Shown: positions 19,701-28,487, numbered from the stretch's first letter. The stretch: 39,885 nt of DNA from a virus (IMGVR_UViG_3300016471_000179:1-39885); one strand, 5' to 3'. Translations and numbers: made by a program. Notes: a model not told the origin generated them from the sequence alone.

Positions 19701-19809
19701 AAAAAAAGATAAAGAGGCGTCAGCAAAGCAAAAGGCAGTTAAGAAAGGCGAAACACTAAGCGGTAAGCAAGAACCTATTAAGATTGATCCAGAGATTAGC
19801 GACAAATAA
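16786..19809 (+). CDS. 1007-aa Lys/Glu-rich mosaic protein, putative internal head polyprotein
   Basis: Modules separated by recurrent EE(V/I)(E/D)(I/L/M)xE linkers; located in the late region. Confidence 0.6.
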   Translation: MDKMSSKFGLPESLLDAVKKIQTEETEYQMKVKALMKKKGITSLGQLSPDEKKAFFSQLDSMHQAKNEEFGLSEGMLSKFKKADAQTKTDFNKYNMKPYDAVYTVTMGDKGEPKYDLTILKHENGKFLAAHGSVVVKQEFSKAEDAAKWLMNWYEENKRPAAKNESVEESTGVTDYNPKSQGGTRKELIAKYHKTKNPKDAEAARKAGATQKELQSEEVEIDEMDKSQPSSSRGAEGLPTGKKATPITVDKVKNDALKALQRKYKTEDMKSVASEIETYAMKHGGIDKADMMKVANLLKMGKMSDAKKKVMSMDTDPRDFLLDKMKKLKIDEASSQYKIKSVGKDAKGDYHIDPKTGDKVYGKASVGDHKNPNTGKITSSKPKPSFMEENELEESGDMGPVNRGKEKTVMMRHKTSGKEIVVVPSGVKEKEKLGFVVVKEEKHPEDVKTSANKMEPEGTKKWLATHATHLKYLKQVKKDKLQEAEGGGTSISNIKSDAQGALKRAELLKKSAELRLQHAQERQSLSKQKKSLSKEQVEFIDEEFSDAQLAKLRAEYGKLNTIDPSSDNYKKLTAMLDKMDKQALTKIAGANIKFMSGLARNRVNRMKNEEVEELDETPKVDQGLSGKQKVMARALRRDDSPIINVGNTTGGQWRGKTSPSPYKDSNVAKSGERKGMITKSAIQRTKDAIKSRLNKLKKEEVEIEEGKSSTGYELYHKDFSSAMAHAYDFAKKKYNIEIDPFEIDRKVAMGPKKPSSGKSNAYRLLDKTGKKGVQIQVANLDDKRYELNMYKEEIEMNEVKVGDKVTFDHEMTAAPGRTTKKSGIIHKIEGDVAHVKVKDKYGVIVHKKKMSELQNEEIDLEEKVVKGKGYDNPENERKGPEGKIPMTSLMPGHSDKAARFAAVQAKGTLVKGKAQSAPQKAPQKEAADAPEFKQGGDKLAKKFEKAFAKMGLKTNIKMKTVDNVSINEKEEGKKDKEASAKQKAVKKGETLSGKQEPIKIDPEISDK

Positions 19810-19810
19810 A

Positions 19811-20296
19811 ATGTTACCAGAGATTTATTGTGACATGGACCAAGTCCTTGTCAATTTTATAGGAGGAGCAAATCGGGTATTAGAAATGCAAGGATTACCC
19901 GATTTTGCAAATGCTGACAAGGAAGAAAAGTGGGAAGCACTTAAGAAAGTGCCTAAGTTTTGGGCAAATCTAGAACCTATGCGTGATGGTCTAGCACTTT
20001 GGAAATTTATTAAACCTTATGATCCTGCAATTCTTTCTACGCCTTCAAAAAGAATGCCTACATGCAGACCAGAAAAAATTGAATGGATTCGCAAGCATTT
20101 AGGTAATGTGAAAGAAATTCATCTTGTTCCTAGAGAACAAAAGCAGAATTATGCAGTCACAGTTGATGGCAAACCAAACCTATTGATCGATGATCACAAG
20201 AAAAATATCGATGAATGGGTTTCAAAGGGTGGTATAGGTATTCGACATATAAATACACAGAATACTATATCTCAACTAAGAAGATTAGGATATTAA
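19811..20296 (+). CDS. HAD-family 5'(3')-deoxyribonucleotidase-like phosphatase
   Basis: IYCDMDQVL motif I, ILS motif II, K..W, LLIDD motif IV, W...GG.GI. Confidence 0.85.
   Translation: MLPEIYCDMDQVLVNFIGGANRVLEMQGLPDFANADKEEKWEALKKVPKFWANLEPMRDGLALWKFIKPYDPAILSTPSKRMPTCRPEKIEWIRKHLGNVKEIHLVPREQKQNYAVTVDGKPNLLIDDHKKNIDEWVSKGGIGIRHINTQNTISQLRRLGY
20248..20255 (+). promoter_or_regulatory. T4-type late promoter
   Basis: TATAAATA in the 3' end of the HAD gene, about 55 nt before ATG 20310. Confidence 0.65.
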
Positions 20297-20309
20297 AAGG
20301 AGAAAAACC

Positions 20310-20792
20310 ATGGCACTATGGGGAACAAGAGATTCATACGCAATTGCAAATACAATTAGCGTAAGCAATACTGTAGCAACAACTACAGTTACGGGCACTA
20401 ATACTGCATTCACAACTGAGATAGATATTGGCGATGCGCTAGTTATCGCCGGTAAGCGCAGAAAAGTTACTGCAATTTCTGCGGCTAACTCTTTAACTAT
20501 TGATCCTGCATGGGATGGTGCAAACCAAACTGGTGCAACGATTACTGGTCAAGATGTACCTAAGTATGTGACTGCCGCAGAAATTTCGTCAAATAACATC
20601 ATTGGTGTTAACGATACTGAAGCGGCACTTGCCGCAAACAAGGCTCGCGGTATCAATACGCCAGGTTGGACTAAATTTGTCACTTATACAGACATGCACG
20701 GAACAACACGCTACAAGACAGAACCACTAGTTGTAATGTCTTCAGCAGTTACATCCGATGCACCAGATGATACTATCGCCGCAGATAGTTAA
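20310..20792 (+). CDS. Putative virion structural protein
   Basis: MALWG start, VTGTNTAF beta motif, PGW..F.TYTD.HG.TR.K.E.LV C-terminus; strong SD, late promoter. Confidence 0.6.
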   Translation: MALWGTRDSYAIANTISVSNTVATTTVTGTNTAFTTEIDIGDALVIAGKRRKVTAISAANSLTIDPAWDGANQTGATITGQDVPKYVTAAEISSNNIIGVNDTEAALAANKARGINTPGWTKFVTYTDMHGTTRYKTEPLVVMSSAVTSDAPDDTIAADS

Positions 20793-20861
20793 TCGACACA
20801 TTGGCCTGAGTCCCAGGAGTAGCATTCCCCTTCAATGGGGTTTATAAGATAGGAGAAAAAG

Positions 20862-21422
20862 ATGGCAGATAAAAAGGTTACGCAGTTAACCGCACTCACC
20901 GCAGTAGCAAACACCGATCTACTTTTAATTGTAGACGATCCATCAGGTACACCAGTATCAAAGAAAGTTGAAGTTGGCGATGTTTTTGGTGAAACTGCAC
21001 AAACAGTTTTTAGTAGCATTAACATTAGTGCTAACACTTCCGCATCAAGCGGCACAACAAAGATCGGCGGTAACACCGTTATAATTACTGCACCATCAGG
21101 TTCTACATTTACCGCAGGCGTTGTAATCAACGAAGACGGTACTGCAAGCAATACTCGCATCGAATCTGATACACAAACTAATATGTTCTTTGTGGATGCA
21201 TTAAACAATCGCATTGGTGTTAAAACAAATGCGCCAACTGTTGCGTTTGATGTGAACGATAGCAGAATTAGATTGAGAGGTATTAGTTCAGTTTCTTCAT
21301 CTAATGCCGCTGCCGAAGGTTGGACTACTGGTGAAATTGGTTGGGATTCTAATTATCTCTATGTTGCAGTTGGGTCAACAGGCGCGAATTCTATTCTGAG
21401 GACCGCATTATCTGGTTTCTAA
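20862..21422 (+). CDS. Putative virion fibre/decoration protein
   Basis: MADKKVTQLTAL...DLLLIVD; GEIGWDSNYLYVAV C-terminal motif typical of fibre proteins. Confidence 0.6.
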   Translation: MADKKVTQLTALTAVANTDLLLIVDDPSGTPVSKKVEVGDVFGETAQTVFSSINISANTSASSGTTKIGGNTVIITAPSGSTFTAGVVINEDGTASNTRIESDTQTNMFFVDALNNRIGVKTNAPTVAFDVNDSRIRLRGISSVSSSNAAAEGWTTGEIGWDSNYLYVAVGSTGANSILRTALSGF

Positions 21423-21425
21423 AAT

Positions 21426-21779
21426 ATGATTAATAATGAAGATGAATTTGACGAATATGCGATAAACAATTACAGAAATCCAAATTGCATATCAGTACTT
21501 GAATATCTTGAAGATTTAAACAAAATTAAGTATATCAAGAGATTAATTAACAAGTATGTAGATAAGAATGAATTGAGAGAAAGATTGATATTGAATCACA
21601 TCATCTTTCTCTCAAATGTTTTTGGAGTTGAAGCAACTTTAAATATGTTATGGTTTAAAGTAGAAAAAGAAAATCATCAAGTTCTAAACAGTTTTTTTAT
21701 ATTTTTAAATTATGCAAAAGAAATTGAATACAATCAAAAACTTTTAGATGAGATACAGAGAAGAGTATGGCAAACTTAG
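21426..21779 (+). CDS. Conserved T4-like hypothetical protein
   Basis: Y.NP.C....E...DL..IKYIKRL..KY.....LRERLILNHII...NVFG. Confidence 0.75.
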   Translation: MINNEDEFDEYAINNYRNPNCISVLEYLEDLNKIKYIKRLINKYVDKNELRERLILNHIIFLSNVFGVEATLNMLWFKVEKENHQVLNSFFIFLNYAKEIEYNQKLLDEIQRRVWQT

Positions 21780-22456
21780 TAGATTTATATGTTGTATATC
21801 GAATTCTGCGTAGACTTACGCAACCGTTTACCGATTGGGAAGCATACAAACTCGGTGTGATTGATGCTGAAGGAAATATTTTAAAGAAGTCTTCTGATAG
21901 ACGTACAATGGCAGAACAAGAATCTTTAACAATATTTGACATTTTAATGATTAAACTGAAAAAGTTACTTGCATTGGTGCCTGGAGGTAAAACTAGACTT
22001 GCATCATATGCGGCCGCACTCTTTTTAATTAAAGAAGGTAAGAACTTAACTGAAGAAAACTTAAATGAAAAATGGGAAGCATTTATGCAAAGTGAGGAAT
22101 ATCTAGTTGAAGATGTTGCCGCAAATTCTGTAAGTGCCGGCGGTGTAGCAGGAATTACAGGAGATCCACCGGTGCCTAAAAAAATTATGATGCGTAGATT
22201 TGCAAATAGTGATGTATTTGTTGTTGATACAGATCGATATTTAAAAGCAAGACTTGGTAAAAAGAAATATCTTAAATATGAAAAGTATGTAGGAAATGAT
22301 GATGTCGGCAATGCAATTCGTGAATATGGGCGCAAGTATCCAAAAAAACCTATCATACTTCAAGACGATAAAACTGGTGCAATGATTTTCTTGCGTTATG
22401 GCCGTAACGGAATGTTTACTGAAACCCATTCACGAAATGAGGAATCAACATGCTAG
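21767..22456 (+). CDS. Conserved T4-like hypothetical protein
   Basis: DLYVVYRILRRL..PF..W.AYKLGVID.EG; EDVAANSV linker. Confidence 0.75.
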   Translation: MANLVDLYVVYRILRRLTQPFTDWEAYKLGVIDAEGNILKKSSDRRTMAEQESLTIFDILMIKLKKLLALVPGGKTRLASYAAALFLIKEGKNLTEENLNEKWEAFMQSEEYLVEDVAANSVSAGGVAGITGDPPVPKKIMMRRFANSDVFVVDTDRYLKARLGKKKYLKYEKYVGNDDVGNAIREYGRKYPKKPIILQDDKTGAMIFLRYGRNGMFTETHSRNEESTC

Positions 22457-22575
22457 ACACATTACTTTGGATTGCAGTTGGCGCATTTATTGGATGGAAT
22501 TTTCCTCAACCATTTTGGGCGAAAATCATTCAAGAAAAAATTCAAAACGCATTTACTAAAAAGAATAACGAATAA
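22450..22575 (+). CDS. 41-aa single-TM peptide (not in the ORF track)
   Basis: MLDTLLWIAVGAFIGWNFPQPFWAKIIQEKIQNAFTKKNNE; GAGG SD; fills the gap before the spanins. Confidence 0.7.
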   Translation: MLDTLLWIAVGAFIGWNFPQPFWAKIIQEKIQNAFTKKNNE

Positions 22576-22577
22576 AA

Positions 22578-23003
22578 ATGTTTTTATTAGAGTTGTTACC
22601 ATCCTGGATATTTTATGTAATTCTATTTACAGGAATTGTTGGATTCACAATTACCTATCTTTTTAATTTCATACCATCTTTATATAAAGCGCCGGCCGAG
22701 TTTGTATCAATTTTATTAATCGTGTTTGGCACATACATGTTTGGTGCAATTTCAAACGAAGAGAGTTGGCAATTAAAAATAAAAGAATTAGAAGTAAAAG
22801 TTGCAGAAGCAGAAGCAAAATCCTCTCAAGAAACAGTAAAGGTTGTTGAGAAGGTTGTAAATAAAACCAGAATTGTTCGTCAAAAGGGTGATGAAATTGT
22901 TCGTTATGTAGACAGAGAAATCGTAAAATATGATTCTAAATGCGAAATACCAAAAGAAGTAGTTACTACGTTAAATGAAGCGACTGAAAGTCTAAACAAA
23001 TGA
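22578..23003 (+). CDS. Putative inner-membrane spanin (Rz-like)
   Basis: N-terminal TM helices, periplasmic coiled coil, C-terminal C.IP; adjacent to a lipoprotein and an endolysin. Confidence 0.7.
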   Translation: MFLLELLPSWIFYVILFTGIVGFTITYLFNFIPSLYKAPAEFVSILLIVFGTYMFGAISNEESWQLKIKELEVKVAEAEAKSSQETVKVVEKVVNKTRIVRQKGDEIVRYVDREIVKYDSKCEIPKEVVTTLNEATESLNK

Positions 23004-23263
23004 AATACATTTTAATTCTATTTACAATTGCATTGTTTGGCTGTAGTACTCCAACACCAATCACAAAAAAGTTTCCTGATGCATCAGAAACTCTCACTAG
23101 TCCTTGCCAAAAATTAAAAAGAATTGAGAAGACTGATCCACTTTTGAGTGAGGTAGTAAAATCTGTGGTTGAAAACTATACACTCTATCACGAATGTGCA
23201 TTGAAAAATGATGCTTGGATTGAGTGGTATCGTAGTCAAAAGAAAATTTTTGAAGAGAAATAA
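23000..23263 (+). CDS. Putative outer-membrane spanin lipoprotein (Rz1-like)
   Basis: Signal peptide with LFGC lipobox, Pro-rich region, PC..L, Y.EC. Confidence 0.75.
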   Translation: MKYILILFTIALFGCSTPTPITKKFPDASETLTSPCQKLKRIEKTDPLLSEVVKSVVENYTLYHECALKNDAWIEWYRSQKKIFEEK

Positions 23264-23887
23264 ATGTCATTAACACTAGAACAATTAAAACAGTTGTTAC
23301 CAAACAATTCTCATGTAGAAACTTGGTATGAATCTTTATCACAGTTTTTACCAGAATATGAGATTGATACAACAAACAGAATGGCTGCATTTATCGCGCA
23401 ATGTTCACATGAATCTGGTGAATTCACTACGCTGAAAGAAAATTTAAATTATCGTTGGCAATCATTGCGAAAAGTTTTTCCTAAATATTTTCCTAACGAT
23501 GCAATTGCACAAAAATATGCATCATTGCCCAACAAACAAGAAGCAATCGCAAATAGAGTTTATGCAAATCGTATGGGCAATGGACCAGAAGAATCTGGTG
23601 ATGGATTTAAATATCGTGGAAGAGGATTGATTCAATTGACTGGATATCAAAACTATAAACGATTTGCAGATTCATTAGGAATTACGCCAGAGGAAGCATC
23701 CGAATATTTAGAAACTTTCGAAGGTGCAACTGAATCAGCATGTTGGTTTTGGAGTACAAACAATTTAAATCAATGGGCAGACGCAGGCGATATGATTACT
23801 TTAACAAAGCGTATCAATGGTGGCACAAATGGACTTGAAGATCGTATTCAACATTATGAACATGCTCTACATGTATTGGAGAATTAA
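23264..23887 (+). CDS. Glycoside hydrolase family 19 endolysin
   Basis: AAFIAQCSHES, ENLNY, GDGFKYRGRGLIQLTG..NY, TKRINGGTNGLEDR. Confidence 0.92.
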   Translation: MSLTLEQLKQLLPNNSHVETWYESLSQFLPEYEIDTTNRMAAFIAQCSHESGEFTTLKENLNYRWQSLRKVFPKYFPNDAIAQKYASLPNKQEAIANRVYANRMGNGPEESGDGFKYRGRGLIQLTGYQNYKRFADSLGITPEEASEYLETFEGATESACWFWSTNNLNQWADAGDMITLTKRINGGTNGLEDRIQHYEHALHVLEN

Positions 23888-24217
23888 ATGCCTCCTCTAT
23901 GTAGTATGCTACAAGATGGTGACAATGGCTCTTTAAGTAGTAAAAGAGTAGTTACATTTTTGGCATTTATTTTTTGTAGCATTGCTTTCTTTGCAAATTT
24001 GTTTTTTGGCATGGAAGTAAAGGATTATATGTTTGAAGGTATGATGGTCATTGCAGTTGCAGGTTTGGGAGTAACTGTAACAGAGAAGTTTGCCAGAAGA
24101 TCGACATATCGATCTGAAGGGTATGAGAATTTTACAGAAACCAAAGAATACCGACATATAAATAGAACAGATACAGGTGGGACAAAATTACCTAAACAAT
24201 ATGATAGGGAATTGTGA
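23888..24217 (+). CDS. Two-TM membrane protein, candidate holin
   Basis: SSKRVVTFLAF...two TM helices...EKF and a charged tail, directly after the endolysin. Confidence 0.55.
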   Translation: MPPLCSMLQDGDNGSLSSKRVVTFLAFIFCSIAFFANLFFGMEVKDYMFEGMMVIAVAGLGVTVTEKFARRSTYRSEGYENFTETKEYRHINRTDTGGTKLPKQYDREL

Positions 24218-24247
24218 TTTGCAATTCTTGCAGTATTGTATTATAAT
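24157..24247 (+). promoter_or_regulatory. Late promoter plus sigma70 promoter upstream of 24287
   Basis: TATAAATA 24157-24164; TTGCAA (24219-24224), 17 nt, TATAAT (24242-24247). Confidence 0.55.
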
Positions 24248-24286
24248 AACGGTGTTGCCTTTCAAGAAAAATAATAAAAAGAAACC

Positions 24287-24715
24287 ATGGTTAATGACGT
24301 TACAGAAATCAAGATAGATGTTGAAGTACTTAAAGAAAAAGTAGACAACATTACTCAATTGTGCAACAAAATGGATTCAGTTATTGATAAACTGGTGAAT
24401 AATCATGACCGTATGGTTAATCAAATCTACGAAGATATGGAAAAAAGAAAACAAGATACTGTAACTGACATTAAAGAGTTGCATTCAAGAATTACTACAG
24501 TTGACAGAAACCTATCTGATAAGATAGAATTGACTGAGCGTAGGATCATGGATGAGATTAAATCTCTCCGTGCCACCATAGACGCGCACAACAAAAAAGA
24601 AGATGAAGATATTAAAAAACTCTTTCAATGGCGATGGATGGTAGCAGGCGGCATCGTTGTCATTGTGTGGATTATTTCCAATAGCACATTCATTACAAAA
24701 CTCCTAGGTCATTAA
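24287..24715 (+). CDS. Coiled-coil protein with C-terminal TM anchor
   Basis: Heptad-rich body ending WRWMVAGGIVVIVWII. Confidence 0.7.
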   Translation: MVNDVTEIKIDVEVLKEKVDNITQLCNKMDSVIDKLVNNHDRMVNQIYEDMEKRKQDTVTDIKELHSRITTVDRNLSDKIELTERRIMDEIKSLRATIDAHNKKEDEDIKKLFQWRWMVAGGIVVIVWIISNSTFITKLLGH

Positions 24716-24716
24716 T

Positions 24717-24757
24717 TTGACATCTAGCAGTTTGTCTGCTATACTAGACAAACTAGC
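24717..24757 (+). promoter_or_regulatory. Sigma70 promoter with the -10 box inside an inverted repeat
   Basis: TTGACA 24717-24722, 17 nt, TATACT 24740-24745; AGTTTGTCT (24729-24737) / AGACAAACT (24746-24754). Confidence 0.75.
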
Positions 24758-24784
24758 ATCTTTCTGTAAATAATAGGATACATC

Positions 24785-25816
24785 ATGAGTTTGTGGATTG
24801 ACCAACAGTACATTGGTACTATTTCCATTCGATTAGACAAATTCTCCCGAAAGGGAGATTATTTGTACAATTTTCGGTGTCCGATCTGCGGAGATAGTCA
24901 AACCAATCGTAACAAAGCAAGAGGATATCTTTACGCACAAAAAGGCGGCATGTTTTATAAATGTCACAATTGTTCGGCAAGTATGTCACTTGGAACACTC
25001 ATTAAAGAACTTGATCCTGCACTCTACAAAGAATACTGTCTTGAAAGATATAAGGCAGGAGAAACTGGTGTTCGCAAGGCACATAAAGAACATGGATTTG
25101 TATTTAAACCCGTTGTCTTTGAAAGCACAAAAAAAGATAACGCATTCAAAGGTTTATTATTGCCAATAAAAAAATTGGCAGATAAGCATGAGGTACGCGA
25201 ATACTTACGAAGTCGAAAAATTCCAGAACATAGATATGAAGACTTATACTATGTGGATGATATTCAAAAGTTTAAGCAGTTTGCAAATGGTTATGATGAA
25301 AAAATCAAAGGCAATGAACCTCGCCTAGTGCTACCTTTTTTCGATCAAGAAGATGAACTCATTGGTTTGTCTGGTAGAGCAATTCGCGGCGAAAAATTAC
25401 GTTATGTTACAATTCGTATAAAAGATGATGTGCCAATGATTTTTAGTCAGCAAAATGTAGACAAACTTCAGACAATTTATGTGACAGAAGGTCCAATTGA
25501 TAGTTTATTTTTACCGAATGCAGTTGCAGTGGGTAATGCGAATCTTAAATCTGTAGGTGAAGTGTTTGACAAAAACAATCTTATTTTGATTTGGGATAAC
25601 GAACCTAGAAATAAAGAAATAGTTAGAGAAATCAAAGACGCTATTGATAGCGGCTTTAGAGTTTGTATTTGGCCACAAAAAGTATTGGAAAAAGATATTA
25701 ACGATATGATTGTAAAACAAAAACTAAGCGTAGAAGAAATCGTATCTACTATAAATAAAAATACTTTTTCTGGTCCAGAAGCGTTATTACAATTTAATTT
25801 ATGGAAAAAAGTATGA
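24785..25816 (+). CDS. 61: DNA primase (gp61)
   Basis: Zn finger FRCPICGDS...KCHNC; TOPRIM TEGPIDSLF, DNEPRN, KDINDM. Confidence 0.96.
   Translation: MSLWIDQQYIGTISIRLDKFSRKGDYLYNFRCPICGDSQTNRNKARGYLYAQKGGMFYKCHNCSASMSLGTLIKELDPALYKEYCLERYKAGETGVRKAHKEHGFVFKPVVFESTKKDNAFKGLLLPIKKLADKHEVREYLRSRKIPEHRYEDLYYVDDIQKFKQFANGYDEKIKGNEPRLVLPFFDQEDELIGLSGRAIRGEKLRYVTIRIKDDVPMIFSQQNVDKLQTIYVTEGPIDSLFLPNAVAVGNANLKSVGEVFDKNNLILIWDNEPRNKEIVREIKDAIDSGFRVCIWPQKVLEKDINDMIVKQKLSVEEIVSTINKNTFSGPEALLQFNLWKKV
25750..25757 (+). promoter_or_regulatory. Candidate late promoter upstream of thyX
   Basis: TATAAATA about 55 nt before the thyX ATG, inside the primase 3' end. Confidence 0.45.
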
Positions 25817-26502
25817 AGGTAAAATTAATTTCATATTCACAAGTAAACGTAGGTGCTTTCAACGATGATGAATATACAGGATACCCTGCTACCGCTCAAG
25901 AATTGGTCGCCTTTTGCGCCCGTGTATCGAATCCAGCCAATCAGTTCAATACACAAACCTCAGAACGACTTATTCAATACCTCATCAAACACAAGCACTG
26001 GTCACCACTCGAAATGGTCTCCGTCTGTCTCGAAATTGAAACAACAAGAGATATTGCCAGACAATTTCTACGCCATCGTTCATTCTCATTTCAAGAATTC
26101 TCACAAAGGTATGCCAACCCAACTCAGGAATTGTCTTTTGTACTTAGAGATGCAAGACTTCAAGATACCAAGAATCGACAGAATAGCATAGAGTTAGACA
26201 AAAAAGATAATCTTCATGAGAAGTGGGAACACGCACAAAGAAGAATTATTGCAGAAGCAAAAGCCACATATGAGTGGGCAGTTAGAAACGGTATTGCAAA
26301 AGAACAAGCAAGAGCGGTGTTACCAGAAGGACTTACTGTATCGCGATTGTATGTCAATGGTACATTGAGAAGTTGGATACATTATATAGAACTAAGAACT
26401 GGCAATGGTACACAAAAAGAACATATTGAAATTGCAAAGGCATGTGCTGATATAATTTCAAAAATATTTCCAATGGTAACAGATTTTGTAGAAAAGGAAT
26501 AA
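25813..26502 (+). CDS. thyX: Flavin-dependent thymidylate synthase ThyX
   Basis: HWSPLEM, RHRSFSFQEFSQRY (RHRx7S), AKEQARAVLP, GTQKEH. Confidence 0.96.
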   Translation: MKVKLISYSQVNVGAFNDDEYTGYPATAQELVAFCARVSNPANQFNTQTSERLIQYLIKHKHWSPLEMVSVCLEIETTRDIARQFLRHRSFSFQEFSQRYANPTQELSFVLRDARLQDTKNRQNSIELDKKDNLHEKWEHAQRRIIAEAKATYEWAVRNGIAKEQARAVLPEGLTVSRLYVNGTLRSWIHYIELRTGNGTQKEHIEIAKACADIISKIFPMVTDFVEKE

Positions 26503-26503
26503 G

Positions 26504-28291
26504 ATGAAAATAGACCTTTCGAGGGATTCGTTGTTCGATGATTTAGGAATTAAAAGATTAAAAGAAAGTTACATGCGCGAGGATGAACAAAGTCCTCAAG
26601 AAAGGTTTGAATACGTTTCAAAGGCTTTTGGATCGAATGAAGAACACGCACAGAGATTATATGATTATTCATCTAAACACTGGCTTTCATATAGTACACC
26701 AATTTTATCTTTTGGTCGAAGCAAGCGCGGTCTTCCTATATCATGTTTTTTGCCGTATTTGGATGATTCCGCAGAGGGCCTAGTTGATTGTCTTTCTGAA
26801 GTAAACTGGTTATCAATGTTAGGAGGGGGAGTTGGAATCGGTATTGGCATTCGTTCTGCCGATGATAAATCTGTTGGTGTTATGCCTCACTTACGCACTT
26901 ATGATGCGTCAAGTCTCGCATATCGCCAGGGCCGCACTCGTCGTGGCTCTTATGCCGCTTACCTCGATATCTCTCATCCAGATATTCTTATATTTCTCGA
27001 AATGAGAAAACCAACTGGTGATCCTAACATGAGAGCGATGAATCTTCATCATGGCATTAATATCACAGACAATTTTATGCAACTGATTGAAAAGTGCATG
27101 AAACATAAAGATGCAGATGATTCTTGGCAATTAAAGGATCCAAATACAGGAGAAATTAGAGAAGTTGTTTCTGCTAGAGAATTGTGGCAGAGAATTCTTG
27201 AAACTCGCATGATGACTGGTGAGCCATACTTGCATTTCATTGATACAAGTAACAGAGCAATGCCTGAGTTTCAAAAGAAACTTGGTCTGTCAATTCGTCA
27301 GAGCAACTTGTGTTCTGAAATTATTTTACCAACAGGCAAAGATCGAACCGCAGTTTGTTGTTTGTCTTCAGTTAATTTGGAGTACTTCGATGAGTGGAAA
27401 AATAATAAACAGTTCCTCCGCGATGTTGCTGAGATGCTCGATAATGTTTTACAATATTTTATTGATAACGCGCCAACTACCATACCCAGAGCCATTCATT
27501 CTGCTAGGTCTGAGCGTTCTATTGGTATTGGAGCCTTAGGCTTTCACGCATACTTGCAGAAAAATAATGTGCCGTTTGAATCAGCCCTTGCCGTAGGTAG
27601 AAACAAACAAATTTTTAAACATATTAGGAGTAAACTAGATGAAGCAAATCTTCAACTCGGTAGTGAACGTGGTGAAGCACCCGATGCTACGGGTACTGGT
27701 CAGCGGTTTAGTCATATGTTGGCTATTGCTCCAAATGCTTCTTCGTCTATCATCATGGGAAATACTAGCCCTAGTATTGAGCCTTACCGTGCTAACGCAT
27801 ACCGTCAGGACACTTTATCTGGATCATCTTTAAATAAAAATAAATGGTTGAATCGAGTTATTGAAAAACATTTGGCAGGTGATGGAGAAACAGTATCACA
27901 AGATGAGTACAACGAAATTTGGTCAAGCATTATTGCAAACGATGGCTCAGTTCAACACCTAACATGGATGGACGATTGGACAAAAGACGTTTTCAAAACT
28001 TCAATGGAAATCGACCAGCGATGGATTATTCAGCACGCCGCAGATCGTCAGCAATATATCGATCAAGCACAAAGTCTAAATTTATTTTTTAGACCAGATG
28101 TAAACATTAAATATCTTCATGCAATTCATTTCATGGCATGGAAGATGGGTTTAAAAACTTTATATTATTGTCGTTCAGAAAAAATTGGTAAAGCAGACAA
28201 GGTTGCAAAGAAAATCGAAAGAGAAGTTATTAAAGAACTTGATATGAAGGCAATTGTAGAGGGAGAAAATTGTTTAGCATGTGAGGGATAA
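26504..28291 (+). CDS. nrdA: Class I ribonucleotide reductase alpha subunit (short form, no evident ATP cone)
   Basis: TPIL, ISCF, SNLCSEI, CCLSS, APNASSS, LKTLYY, C-terminal CLACEG. Confidence 0.95.
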   Translation: MKIDLSRDSLFDDLGIKRLKESYMREDEQSPQERFEYVSKAFGSNEEHAQRLYDYSSKHWLSYSTPILSFGRSKRGLPISCFLPYLDDSAEGLVDCLSEVNWLSMLGGGVGIGIGIRSADDKSVGVMPHLRTYDASSLAYRQGRTRRGSYAAYLDISHPDILIFLEMRKPTGDPNMRAMNLHHGINITDNFMQLIEKCMKHKDADDSWQLKDPNTGEIREVVSARELWQRILETRMMTGEPYLHFIDTSNRAMPEFQKKLGLSIRQSNLCSEIILPTGKDRTAVCCLSSVNLEYFDEWKNNKQFLRDVAEMLDNVLQYFIDNAPTTIPRAIHSARSERSIGIGALGFHAYLQKNNVPFESALAVGRNKQIFKHIRSKLDEANLQLGSERGEAPDATGTGQRFSHMLAIAPNASSSIIMGNTSPSIEPYRANAYRQDTLSGSSLNKNKWLNRVIEKHLAGDGETVSQDEYNEIWSSIIANDGSVQHLTWMDDWTKDVFKTSMEIDQRWIIQHAADRQQYIDQAQSLNLFFRPDVNIKYLHAIHFMAWKMGLKTLYYCRSEKIGKADKVAKKIEREVIKELDMKAIVEGENCLACEG

Positions 28292-28292
28292 A

Positions 28293-28487
28293 ATGAGTAA
28301 AATTGTTCTATTAAAAGATTTTTATGAAATGAAAGAACAAAAGGAAAAAGAACTTTTGTTTTATAAAGAAAAATTAGAAGAACTTCAAGAAAAGATGTAT
28401 TGGTTAGAAAGAGATTTAACACTCACGAAAAATATCATAAAAATGATAGAAGAAGAACGATTGCAAAATATACAAAAGGAGACATAA
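28293..28487 (+). CDS. Small coiled-coil hypothetical protein
   Basis: KEKELLFYKEKLEELQEKM; fills the gap and has an SD. Confidence 0.65.
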   Translation: MSKIVLLKDFYEMKEQKEKELLFYKEKLEELQEKMYWLERDLTLTKNIIKMIEEERLQNIQKET

